Assembly: GCA_965205025.1 (NCBI GenBank)
Contig: CBDBFU010000020.1
Location: 302,072 to 366,071 of the forward strand
Direction: 5' to 3'
DNA from: Candidatus Poribacteria bacterium
Lineage (GTDB): Bacteria > Poribacteria > WGA-4E > WGA-3G
Length of the DNA: 64,000 bases
A program made the translations under genes and the position numbers. The notes under the pieces are model-generated. The model did no database searches. It worked only from the letters and a program-made list of their open reading frames with translations, and was not told where the DNA came from. Shown here piece after piece: positions 1 to 10,200 of the stretch (its first letter is position 1; each line of letters opens with the position of its first letter).

Positions 1-153
1 AACAAGTAAAAAGCGCATAATTTAAAATTCCAATTTCTGATTAAAATTAAACTTCAGAATGTGAATTTAGTGATCTTGTATATATTTTGAATATGGGTCT
101 AATTGAAGTATAGCATATAACATATCAAAATCATATTAGAATGTACCTATTTT

Positions 154-299
154 TAACGTGATTTTGATAAGACACATTTTAACCCGAACTTTTAGTTAAC
201 ACCAAAGTACACAAACTGGAAAGTTTGTGCTACAAAGACTATCTTCAGGACAAAATTCTGTTTATCGAACTGACATTTTTCATTATCAAACTGACGTTA
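154..299. mobile_element. MITE-like element A, copy 1 (146 bp), with internal REP-like hairpin
   Basis: Terminal inverted repeats TAACGTGATTTTGATAA / TTATCAAACTGACGTTA; near-identical same-length copy at 4011-4156; internal hairpin CACAAACT-GGAA-AGTTTGTG followed by CTAC. Confidence 0.8.
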
Positions 300-340
300 T
301 TTTATACAAATGATTTTCTTTAGACACCTTATGTTTTTTG

Positions 341-369
341 TTGACAATAGCATATAGGGTGAGTATACT
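341..369 (+). promoter_or_regulatory. sigma70-type promoter of tRNA-Leu
   Basis: TTGACA-N17-TATACT immediately upstream of the tRNA. Confidence 0.8.
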
Positions 370-383
370 AATGTATTCGTTAA

Positions 384-468
384 GCCGGGATGCTGAAATT
401 GGTAGACAGGCTAGATTCAGGGTCTAGTGTGCTTTATGCGCGTAAGGGTTCGAGTCCCTTTCCCGGCA
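384..468 (+). tRNA. tRNA-Leu(CAG)
   Basis: Acceptor stem GCCGGGA/TCCCGGC; anticodon arm CTAGA-TTCAGGG-TCTAG; long variable arm; T loop GTTCGAGTC; CCA not encoded. Confidence 0.95.
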
Positions 469-470
469 TA

Positions 471-1649
471 TCATTCTCTTCTCAATGTTTCAGGAACTAA
501 CCATAGGAAGATGGATACTGCAAGATAACCGATCCCACCCAATGCAAATCCTGAATAACCTAAACCGAATACATCCGCTATATTTCCGACAACCACAGGT
601 CCAGCTGAACCCCCGAAATCTCCTGTTAATCTCCATAATCCGAGAAACTCTCCTGTTCCATCTCTGGGTGCTAAATCCGCACCAAGTGTCATCATCGTAC
701 CTGATGCAATCCCATTGCCAAATCGCATCATAACTGCAGCGAGAAGTAACCATAAGAATGAACTCGTAAAAGGCATCAATACCATACCAGTAGCAAAAAT
801 ACAGATACCAGGTATTGTTGCAAATCTTCGTCCGAAACGATCCATGAGATAGCCAGCTAATGGGAACATAGACATGTCAACTGCGGAAGCAATCATTTCT
901 ATTTGACGTACTCCAGTAGCATTCAATCCGATAATATCTGCTGCATATAATGGAATGATAATGTGACATCCTCTTCGTAGAGTTTGAACGCAAACCTGTC
1001 CTACACCAGCAGTTGCCAATAAACTAAAATGTTTTATAGAAACATTGAGAAGTTGTCTGAGATATGGTTCCTGTTTTTCCGATTTTGTCTTGAATTCATG
1101 CTTTGTTTCAGGTATTGAAAAATAACATATCAATAGGGTAAGAACTGCTATTGCAGCATATATATAAAACGGAATACGAAGATTTGATCCGAGAAAAATA
1201 GCTGTGAATTTTCCTAAGAACGTTCCAATGCGATTAACACCACCAAATAGTGCGATAGATCTTCCACGCTTCGATAATGGAATGACATCCGCCATATAGG
1301 CATGTCTGGATAACATCCATAAGGCATTCCCAATACCACCAATAAGTTGTGCACCGAAAAGATGAAATAGGTTTTGTGCTATTCCCATTGAGAGCGTTGA
1401 AATGCCAATCATTAGTAAACCCAGCAACATAGATTGTCTTCTACCGATGCGTTCGACTAAAATACCAGCAGGTATATTGCCTATTACACTGATTGCAATG
1501 ACAATCGTTGTGATTGTATATGTTAATTCAAATGATTTGATATAGATTGGTAAGGTAGGGGTGATGATACCTGCACCGGTTGAGAGAAGTAGAGCCGGGA
1601 GATAGATAGGAAGAATCAGTGATACCCGGCTGAAGTTCTTGGATGCCAA
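471..1649 (-). CDS. MFS transporter
   Basis: About 12 hydrophobic helices; motif A in both halves (GILVERIGRR, GYLMDRFGRR). Confidence 0.9.
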   Translation of the reverse strand: MASKNFSRVSLILPIYLPALLLSTGAGIITPTLPIYIKSFELTYTITTIVIAISVIGNIPAGILVERIGRRQSMLLGLLMIGISTLSMGIAQNLFHLFGAQLIGGIGNALWMLSRHAYMADVIPLSKRGRSIALFGGVNRIGTFLGKFTAIFLGSNLRIPFYIYAAIAVLTLLICYFSIPETKHEFKTKSEKQEPYLRQLLNVSIKHFSLLATAGVGQVCVQTLRRGCHIIIPLYAADIIGLNATGVRQIEMIASAVDMSMFPLAGYLMDRFGRRFATIPGICIFATGMVLMPFTSSFLWLLLAAVMMRFGNGIASGTMMTLGADLAPRDGTGEFLGLWRLTGDFGGSAGPVVVGNIADVFGLGYSGFALGGIGYLAVSIFLWLVPETLRRE

Positions 1650-1746
1650 ATTATGAAATCATCCTTTAGGATGGATAGGAATTATCTGTGAGAAACTGTG
1701 TTGTTAGTAATTTAATAGGATCTTATAGTGAATAATTTCTGGATAA

Positions 1747-3225
1747 CTATTCATTGTATTCAGAACGGTCTGTGTTTCCACCATATTTCAAAGTATATAT
1801 CATAAGATTTGTCATGAATCGATATACATCTGTAGACCGTCGTAATCGCAATGCTGTTCTGGATTCTATTTCTGCGGTCTCCATTGCACAAAGATAATCT
1901 TTTCTGTTGAATACTACACCGAGTCTATTGGTTGTTTTAAGGGTACCTTGAGAGTCCTTATATGTTAGGTTAGGTTGTTTTCTTCCACCCAGTGAGCGAG
2001 GGACATATATACCCCAATGGAATTTGAATTTTGATGGTTGAGGTACATTTTCATTCTCCCAGAATCTGTCACCCCCTTCTGGTGGTTTTTTTAGATTATA
2101 GTAAATTCTATATATTTCGTGCTCAAATGGCAATTTCTCTAATGGATATTCTGGAAATATTAAACGTAATTCCTCTCTTATAAGATTTGCGAAACTTGCT
2201 TTAAACCCACAATCATCAAAAAATAGTGTACCACCTCTATCAAGGACATATTTTCTGAGTGCAACGCGTTCTTCATCAGAGAACCCAGTAGTCATTTTCT
2301 GACCATCCCGCATCAGTTTACGGTTAATGGTCATATTTCGATCGTGTCCAGTCATTATAATCAGTGGTGCATCCAGAATGTTTTGATCTGTTAATGGTAA
2401 TGCTCCACCAGCAAAGTTCATGTCGGCGCGTATAGTAGTGTTTTCCTGTAGCCATTTTATGAGAGACGGAATTGCTGTTGGATCCTGCCACCAATCACTT
2501 AGAGAATGCTTTAGTCTGATGATCCGTATATGAGCTTTAATATCTGAACCTGTCCCCTTAATGATACCTCCCAATTTCTGTCCTATTTCATCTTTCAGGG
2601 TAGGTAGTCTTCCAAAACCTTCACCTAAATCAACATAACCTGAACCTGTACCAGTTCCTTTTGTAAAGTTTCCAAATCCAGAACCCTCATTTCCACGTAT
2701 TGTTAGACCTGAAGCACCACCCCCTCCTTTACCACTTGCAGTTTTCATACCATCCTCCACACCATCGGTACCAGTAGACAATGAAGGTCCGTCAATTTTC
2801 GGTTGATTTAAGATTGATTGTGGTGAAGGGGCAAGTCGAGTAACATTTTCTATTAACGAGGGTGCATCGAGAGTTGTTTCTCCATCTACAGGCGTTCCAG
2901 GTTTTATGGCTATTGGATTTCGTGTTGAACTTGAAATACCTTTAACACCAGATGTTAATACTTTCCGTTCTACCTTTATTTCAGGCTTGGGTCTGGGTTT
3001 AGGTATATCTTTTCTCGTTCTATTCTCTGGTAGTGAATCTATAAGTTCTGCGTATATCTGATTTTCTGGTGGTTGAATGACTGGTTTTAAGAGGTGTATC
3101 GCAAAGATTATTAATGCAATTACATGTAAACCAATAGAAATCAAAAACGCATAACTTCGATTACGCTTTTTTCTGTATGTTTTATATATTTCAGAATTCA
3201 TATCTATGCCTTGATGGATTATCAA
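1747..3225 (-). CDS. DUF4159-domain protein with TonB-like N-terminal anchor and Pro/Gly-rich linker
   Basis: N-terminal SIGLHV TM helix; PKPRPKP and Gly-rich linker; C-terminal DW.QDPTAIP.L, PLIIMTGH, LRKYVLDRGGTLFFDDC, LP.EHEIYRIYY motifs. Start is probably the later Met (MNSEIY). Confidence 0.75.
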   Translation of the reverse strand: MIIHQGIDMNSEIYKTYRKKRNRSYAFLISIGLHVIALIIFAIHLLKPVIQPPENQIYAELIDSLPENRTRKDIPKPRPKPEIKVERKVLTSGVKGISSSTRNPIAIKPGTPVDGETTLDAPSLIENVTRLAPSPQSILNQPKIDGPSLSTGTDGVEDGMKTASGKGGGGASGLTIRGNEGSGFGNFTKGTGTGSGYVDLGEGFGRLPTLKDEIGQKLGGIIKGTGSDIKAHIRIIRLKHSLSDWWQDPTAIPSLIKWLQENTTIRADMNFAGGALPLTDQNILDAPLIIMTGHDRNMTINRKLMRDGQKMTTGFSDEERVALRKYVLDRGGTLFFDDCGFKASFANLIREELRLIFPEYPLEKLPFEHEIYRIYYNLKKPPEGGDRFWENENVPQPSKFKFHWGIYVPRSLGGRKQPNLTYKDSQGTLKTTNRLGVVFNRKDYLCAMETAEIESRTALRLRRSTDVYRFMTNLMIYTLKYGGNTDRSEYNE

Positions 3226-3271
3226 ATGTATAGTGAATTATAACAATTTTGTGGTCATCGGTGCAATAAAA

Positions 3272-3414
3272 ACGTCAAATATCCCATGAAGATTAATTTT
3301 TAAATTCGGTATTTTTGGAGAAATATCCAGTGCGGTTAGGAAACCGCACCTACCGGGTTTGGGAAAAAAAGAATTACCGAACTATTTACTTAATCTTCAT
3401 ATGACATTTGACGT
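3272..3414 (-). terminator. Hairpin (ACGTCAAAT...ATTTGACGT) downstream of the macro-domain gene, interrupted by MITE B
   Basis: Inverted arms ACGTCAAATATC and GACATTTGACGT flank the MITE on either side. Confidence 0.5.
3286..3400. mobile_element. MITE-like element B with internal GTAG-REP hairpin
   Basis: IRs ATGAAGATTAA...TTCGGTA / TACCGAA...TTAATCTTCAT; internal GTGCGGTT-AGGA-AACCGCAC-CTAC. Confidence 0.7.
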
Positions 3415-3442
3415 GAGATCCTATCTTGGTTGTATTTTCTGA

Positions 3443-3997
3443 TTAGAGAATTGAAAGAGCATCTTCATAACAACCATAGGTAGCATCATCAAACAGTATA
3501 AATTGAATAATAGTAGGTATGTTATTATTGCCTTCAGCTAATTCCAGAATTGTTTGCAGCGCTACCTTAGCTGCTTTTTCTGTGGGATATCCATATACTC
3601 CTGTACTTATTGATGGAAAAGCAATAGAGTCTATACCATTCTCAGAGGCTAAGAGTAGACTTTCTCTATAGCAACTTGATAATAGTTTCGGTTCATTCTT
3701 ATTTCCACCATCCCACACAGGACCGGCAGTATGGATGATGTGATTTGCTGGAAGGTTACCACCGGTTGTGATAACTGCTGTCCCTGTTGGACATCCTCCT
3801 TGTGCTGCTCTAATCTTATCACATTCTTTTACGACTTCTTCACCACCAGCACGTCGTATTGCACCATCTACACCTCCACCTCCGATGAGTTCTTTGTTAG
3901 CAGCGTTTACGATTGCATCTACATTTGCTTTTGTAATATCTCCTTGAATAAGTTCTACTTGTATATCTACAAACTGTTTCTTCATTCTTTTCTCCAT
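3443..3997 (-). CDS. Macro-domain protein (O-acetyl-ADP-ribose deacetylase, YmdB-like)
   Basis: GDIT, DAIVNAAN, GGGGVDGAI, IIHTAGP and IAFPSISTGVYGYP motifs. Confidence 0.95.
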   Translation of the reverse strand: MEKRMKKQFVDIQVELIQGDITKANVDAIVNAANKELIGGGGVDGAIRRAGGEEVVKECDKIRAAQGGCPTGTAVITTGGNLPANHIIHTAGPVWDGGNKNEPKLLSSCYRESLLLASENGIDSIAFPSISTGVYGYPTEKAAKVALQTILELAEGNNNIPTIIQFILFDDATYGCYEDALSIL

Positions 3998-4010
3998 TCT
4001 GTATGTAATT

Positions 4011-4156
4011 TAACGTGAGTTTGATAAGACACATTGTACCCCGAACTTTTAGTTAACACCAGAGTGCACAAACTGGAATGTTTGTGCTACAAAGACTATC
4101 TTCAGGACAAAATTCTGTTTATCGAACTGATATTTTTCATTATCAAACTGGCGTTA
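4011..4156. mobile_element. MITE-like element A, copy 2 (146 bp)
   Basis: Near-identical to 154-299; IRs TAACGTGAGTTTGATAA / TTATCAAACTGGCGTTA. Confidence 0.8.
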
Positions 4157-4158
4157 AT

Positions 4159-5037
4159 TTAGTTTTTATTTTCAAGTACACCTATACGTTGCAAATCATC
4201 TAAGATAACTGATTCAATTCCCATCTCAGTGGATAAATTTATGTAATTTATTCCTTTCTGTTTACAGAAACTTTGTAGTGTACTACGAAAAGTATTCATC
4301 TCTCCACGGAAGTGTTGTAGTGTTTCATCATTGATGGTAATCTCTTTTGTTTCACCTGTTTCAGAATCCTCCAATTGCCATTCACCTTGTGGAAGAAGTT
4401 CTATCTCCTCTGAACTTTGGATGTGTATCAATGAAACCGTGTAACTTCGTCCTAATAGAGAATTAATACCTTCTCTGTATCCATTAGAATCTAAAAAATC
4501 ACTCAGTATTACGACTACACCTACTTTTGGTTGATAAACAGATAGATGAGTAAAACATTCAGTAAGATGTGTTGTCCCTTCTGGTTCAATTGGAAAAAGT
4601 GCTTTCTCAATTCGAGTATAGTGTGATTTTCCATAAGTGGATGGTAATACGGAAGATAGTCGATCTGATAATGTATAGAGAGAGATTCGATCTGTATTAG
4701 CTAATGTGATATAACCCAAAGCAGTAGCAATCTGTTTTGCATATTCTAACTTTGAAGGTTCACCAAAGGACATGGATTGACTTGTATCAATGAGGATGGA
4801 AACAGATAATTCCTCGTCTGCTTGAAATAACTTGATAAAAGGTTTTTCTAAGCGAGCATAGACATTCCAGTCGAGATACCGTAGGTCATCTCCAGGTTCA
4901 TAACGTCTATAATCGGTAAATTCCAGACCTGTTCCCCGATTTTGACTTCGCCTTTCTCCCCTATATTTCCCGCGAAACGGTTTATGAGATTTAAATCGGA
5001 GTTGGTCAAGTTTATTAAGGAAATTGGAACTTAGCAT
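4159..5037 (-). CDS. DUF58 (vWA-associated) protein
   Basis: G.GLEF.DYRRYEPGDDLRYLDWNVYAR, IDTSQSM (MIDAS-like) and VILSDFL motifs. Confidence 0.92.
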   Translation of the reverse strand: MLSSNFLNKLDQLRFKSHKPFRGKYRGERRSQNRGTGLEFTDYRRYEPGDDLRYLDWNVYARLEKPFIKLFQADEELSVSILIDTSQSMSFGEPSKLEYAKQIATALGYITLANTDRISLYTLSDRLSSVLPSTYGKSHYTRIEKALFPIEPEGTTHLTECFTHLSVYQPKVGVVVILSDFLDSNGYREGINSLLGRSYTVSLIHIQSSEEIELLPQGEWQLEDSETGETKEITINDETLQHFRGEMNTFRSTLQSFCKQKGINYINLSTEMGIESVILDDLQRIGVLENKN

Positions 5038-5045
5038 AAGATTGC

Positions 5046-7190
5046 CTACTTCAATATCAACATCTTACGGGTTGCAGTAAAATCTCCAGCTATGAGTGTG
5101 TAGAAATATACTCCACTGGCAACAGACTCACCAAGTCTGTTTTTTCCATTCCAATGGGCTGCTCGGTCTGGTGAAATGTATTTTCCTGAAACTCTCATAC
5201 CTAATTCCAGAGTCTGAAGAAGTGTACCTGATGAAGAATGTATAGTTATAGTAACATCAGCTGGTGAAGCCAATTGGTATGGAATCCAAGTTTCAGGATT
5301 GAATGGGTTAGGATAGTTAGGTAGGAGTGCCGTTTTCAAGATTACTTTTTCTGCTTTCTTAATTGAGTTAAGAATAATTAGTAGATTTTCCAGATTTGTA
5401 ATACCCTCCCGATACTCATCTGATCCATCGTAACCTTCCCAAGCCATAGTAATCCATTCCTGAATCAATGTTGGGGAGAGTGCTTCCTGTGAATCTATAT
5501 CCGCTTGTAAGTTAACCTGATTGGAAACAATGATCAAGTCTCTAATATCAACCATTCGGTCCCCATTAAGATCCTCATTTGTAAGCCCCTCCTTGTAAAA
5601 ATCAAATGATTGGACAACTTGCAACATATCAAGAATACTGACTCTTCCGTCCCCATTTACATCTGCAGGATTTCTTTGTTTTTCACCATCACTTAGGTCT
5701 GGAAGAAGTGTATCATATTCAGTACCGGATTCAAGGCCGAAGAAACCTGACCACCATCCTCTACCTTCGTATACCGCAACCAATAAGAAGTTTATCCCTT
5801 TGTTAAGAGTTAAAGGAAATGCATCTTGATAATCTTCTGCATCTCTATCAACAGCTTTATTATGTATCAATTTACCGTTTAACCATATCTTCACTGCGTC
5901 CCCACTACCAACATACATGGTTGTTGATTGTTGAGCAGGGGAATTGATAATAATTGATCCATAAGCAACATGGTGATTAATATCATCAGTACCAAGTCCA
6001 ATTTCGTTAGCGAGTTCATTGATGTTATTCCCACCTGATTTAGATAATCGACCTTCCTTCCATTCTTTTTTACCTACTTTTTCCGACTTAACGGCACCAC
6101 GAGTAGCAACAATTTCTTCAGTTATAGTTCCAGCACTAACTTTAGAAAGATAATCGGTTCCCGATGAGGCAGCATCTGATCCAGATAAACCATCAGTAGG
6201 AACTATCACCCATAACCAAGGTCCACTGATTTTTGGGGCATTGGGAGTAAATCCAGGATTATTAACCTGATTGATAAAGACTCCTCTTCTCTTAAGTGGA
6301 TCTAAGGGTGCAAAATCCACAATTTCATTATCTTCAAGAATTAAAAATGTTAGATTTGTCAAATTGACAAGCGGCTTTACGTCCGTTACTTCATTTTGTC
6401 TTAAATCCAAACGTCTAAGATTGATCAAACTTGCTATAGGTTCTATATTGGATATATCATTATTTACAAGATATAACTCCTTTAAAGCAGTTAATCCCTG
6501 TATAGGAGATAGATCTGTTAATTCCCCACCACAAATATCTATTCTCTCCAATTTAGGTAGTTCTGACAATGCCCCAAGGTTTCTTATTGGTGTACCCCAT
6601 GAAGAGAATCTCGTAAGACTAATTAATCCGGATAAAGGTGTTAAATCTCCTAATGGATTTTCTGTGATTGCGACATGGGTTAACCGAATTAGATCCGAAA
6701 GAGGCGTTAAATCGGTTAATGCATTGTGTGAGAGATTTATATCTATAAGATTAAATAAACCTTTTAGTGGTGTAAGATCTGAAATTAGATTATCATCAAG
6801 TACAAGAATCTCTAAACTAATTAGGTCTTTAAGGGGTGTAAGGTCAGATATCCTGTTATTAGTCAACCTTAATCTACTTAGTTTTTTCAGATCGGTAATT
6901 GGAGTTAGATCAAAGATTGAATTGTTATGAAGATTTAGTTCAACGAGATTAGTTGCAAATTCCAATCCAACTATTTCTTCTATCTCTGCATTTCTAACAT
7001 CAAGCAGAGATAATCTCAGCATTTCTTGAGCAGTAATTACCGTACCAGATGGCTTGGACAGATATTTTTCAATAGCTTCACGTAAGTTATCATCAGGAAT
7101 ATCAATTATTTGTGCAGATAAACCTGAAGAAATCAGTAAACAAAATACAAAAATTATGTATGAGAATATGATTTTTTTGTTCTGTAGCAT
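5046..7190 (-). CDS. Secreted LRR protein with jelly-roll domain, dockerin/EF-hand and T9SS/FlgD-like CTD
   Basis: Signal peptide; IPD.NLR cap and internalin-type 22-aa LRRs; GS.DAVKIWLNG domain; DVNGDGRVSILD / DLNGDRMVDIRD; NYPNPFNPETWIPY...ATRKMLILK. Confidence 0.88.
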   Translation of the reverse strand: MLQNKKIIFSYIIFVFCLLISSGLSAQIIDIPDDNLREAIEKYLSKPSGTVITAQEMLRLSLLDVRNAEIEEIVGLEFATNLVELNLHNNSIFDLTPITDLKKLSRLRLTNNRISDLTPLKDLISLEILVLDDNLISDLTPLKGLFNLIDINLSHNALTDLTPLSDLIRLTHVAITENPLGDLTPLSGLISLTRFSSWGTPIRNLGALSELPKLERIDICGGELTDLSPIQGLTALKELYLVNNDISNIEPIASLINLRRLDLRQNEVTDVKPLVNLTNLTFLILEDNEIVDFAPLDPLKRRGVFINQVNNPGFTPNAPKISGPWLWVIVPTDGLSGSDAASSGTDYLSKVSAGTITEEIVATRGAVKSEKVGKKEWKEGRLSKSGGNNINELANEIGLGTDDINHHVAYGSIIINSPAQQSTTMYVGSGDAVKIWLNGKLIHNKAVDRDAEDYQDAFPLTLNKGINFLLVAVYEGRGWWSGFFGLESGTEYDTLLPDLSDGEKQRNPADVNGDGRVSILDMLQVVQSFDFYKEGLTNEDLNGDRMVDIRDLIIVSNQVNLQADIDSQEALSPTLIQEWITMAWEGYDGSDEYREGITNLENLLIILNSIKKAEKVILKTALLPNYPNPFNPETWIPYQLASPADVTITIHSSSGTLLQTLELGMRVSGKYISPDRAAHWNGKNRLGESVASGVYFYTLIAGDFTATRKMLILK

Positions 7191-7236
7191 GAATACTTCC
7201 TATTAAAGGTGTTGGGTAAACCAAAGTATATTAGTG

Positions 7237-10200
7237 TTATTTCATTAAATACATTTTACGGGTAGCCGTGAAGTTCCCTGCAGAAATTGTATAAAAATAT
7301 ACTCCACTTGCTACAATTTCACCAATTTCATTCTTACCATCCCAATATGCAGCCCGACTACGACTCTTATAGAGACCAGCAGACTGATTACCTAATGCCA
7401 GTGTTCGAACTTTCGTTCCGTATGCACTATAAATTGTCAGAACGACCTGTGTAGATTCTGAAAGTTGGTATGGAATCCATGTTTCAGGATTGAATGGATT
7501 AGGATATGCTGGAAGTAGTGCAGTTTGTTCTGGTACTACAACTAATTCTAACAAGAGGTTCAGTTTTTGAAGTCCTTGTTTAAAAACTGTTGATCCATCA
7601 TCAGCTGCTTCTGCTTCATAGATCCACTTCTTGATTATTTCAGTTGTCAATTTATAAGGATCTGATGTCAGTAAAGCAGGTGCAGATGTTACTGATTCAC
7701 CCAATGATTGTGCTACCATCACTAAATCAATTATATCTATACTCCCATCATTATTCACATCAGCGTCTGGATTATCTGCCACATCGTCTCCAATTGATTG
7801 TGCAACCATTACTATATCCCTTATATCAACCTCTCCATCCTTATTAATATCAGTTGGAAGATACGTGGAATCATCACCCATCACAAGGACAAGATATTCG
7901 GGTGCTACATTTGGCAAAGGATTTCCATGACTTGAACCTACTTCAAAATCTTCAAGAGTGATTAGACTTTCACCAGGACCAATTACTGAAAAGACTATGG
8001 AACATAATGTGCCTTTTCCATTAACACTTTCTTCTGAAATGAGAATTGAATTTATATTTTTGACTTTTCCAATTTCATTATCTATAGTTCCACTATGAAA
8101 CCGTGTAGTATCTTCTTCTGATTTTAGGAAATTGCCTTCATTCACTTCATCTACCTGTAGCACCTCTGAATTATAAATGAGATCTCCTTGCCATCCTGCC
8201 AAGTTTTTCGCATTTTCCACTATCAAATTGAGGGTAAAGGAATCTCCTATCTCGAAATTTGTAGTATCAGTATCAAATAAGAATCTAAGGTTAGGTTTAA
8301 ATACTTTATATTTTGCGTCAGTTGCAAATCCAAAATTACCGCCAAAACTACCATGTCCATGATTATCAATTGCGACTAATAATGCGTTTTTTCCTTGTAT
8401 TAAAGTTACAGGAAAAACAGCATCGTAATTTCCAGCACCCCGTGTGATAAATGCCTTATGTACCAATTCTCCGTTAAGCCAAACTTTGACGGAATCATTG
8501 CTTCCAACAAACATCTGAGTTTTTTGTTCAGTTGGAGAATCCAATATAGTAGCCCCGTAAACAATATGGTCATATATCTCACTTCCTGTACCCCAACCGA
8601 GTGATTCTGTCATTTCATTTATATTGTCTCCACTGGTAGAGATATTCGACCAGGTCCAAACACTATCTCCAACAGGTTTCCCGGCTGTTGCACCATTTGT
8701 AGACACCTTAATTTCAGTAGCAGCCCCACCCGTTGCACGTGCCAGAAAATCAGTTATATCATCAAGACGTGTTCCTGGAACAATTGCCCATAACCAAGGT
8801 CCTGTAATTTGTGGTCCACCAATTGGAAAAGCAGGATTGCCAGATGTACGGACGAATGTGTTATCAGAAAATGCTTCTATAACCGAAAAATCTTTAATGG
8901 CATTATTGCGTACATCCAATCTATTTAGGTTAGTTAACCCACTGAGAGAGGATATATCTGTAATAATATTATTTTCAAGATATAAGACTTCTAATTTCTT
9001 CAGTTCAGCGAGTGGCGTTACGTCTGTAATGAGATTTGCATCCAGATTTAGTATTGTTAAATTCTTTAGATTACTCAGAGGTCTCAAATCTTTGATATTA
9101 TTATTAATTAACTCTAACCACTCCAGTTGGGTGAATTCTGAGAGAGTTGTCAGATCAGAAAAACTACATCCGTGAATTTCTAAACGGGTTAATGACTTTA
9201 GTCCCTTAAGAGTTGGGAGTTTTGTAATCCGTTTATCATTACCATATTCAACCCAATTCAAGCTTGGTAATGATTTTAAAGAGGAAAAATCGGAGATTGG
9301 TGTCTGCCATGCATCAATTCTATTTAAGCTTGTTAAGTTTGCGAGTGGTGAAATGTCCTCAATTGGGTTTCCAGAAATACCGATACCTTCTAATTTAACT
9401 AATCCTGATAGTGGTGTTAGATCAGTAATCTGGTTACCTTCAAGACCTAACCAATCAACATTCGTTAAGTTCGCTAATGGAGTAACATCAGTAATATTAT
9501 TTCCACGCAATTTAATGTTATTCAAACGAGTTAATTCAGTGAGAGGAGATAGATCAGAAATGGAGTTGTTTCTGAATTCTATTCGTTCTAAGTTTTTTGC
9601 ATATTCAAGACCTGTTAGATAGATAATTTCTTTGTTATCAGCATCAATACGTGTAATTCGTTTCATCTCTTCCTTGGTAATTCTTGCACCGAATGGTTTA
9701 TCAAGAATTTCCTCAATTACAGCTCGGAGGTTCAGATCAGGAATATAGACGATAGGATCATCAGGATCAGGTATGGGATCAGGTATAGGATCAGGTATAG
9801 GATCAAGATCTGGATACAGTCCATCTACGACGTCTGGAAATACTGAAGTCCATGTATCCCTTTTTATTCTTTGATTTCCAGTGGCAAGTGTACCGACAAT
9901 ATTTTTTAAGTCTTGATTATTCTCAATTTTATCTAAGAACACAGGTGTTTCTAATCCTACCGAAGCTGCGGCGTATTTTACATCGAGTGATCTATAAAAG
10001 TTAGTATGGAATCTTTGTATTGGTTCGTTCTCAAGGTTATCAAGGAATCGTGTTTTTAATTGCTCATTTTCAAATGGTCCACCAATACTAATTAATGCCT
10101 GTTGAAATTTTTGTGTGTCTTGTTCAAGCAGATTATTTAGAACTGCTTGTTCTGGGTATAATCGTAATGCTTGAGCTTTGTCATATATAGGATTTTCGGC

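Noticed and set aside
1747-5037. DUF4159 + macro + DUF58 as a novel operon
   Set aside because: The genes are separated by MITEs and a hairpin, there is no MoxR AAA partner in the window, and each family is common.
6271-6930. 219-aa antisense ORF, and similar ones at 8624, 9353, 40577, 51393 and 59169
   Set aside because: These are shadow frames of well-supported opposite-strand genes (LRR periodicity, codon bias) with no motifs of their own.
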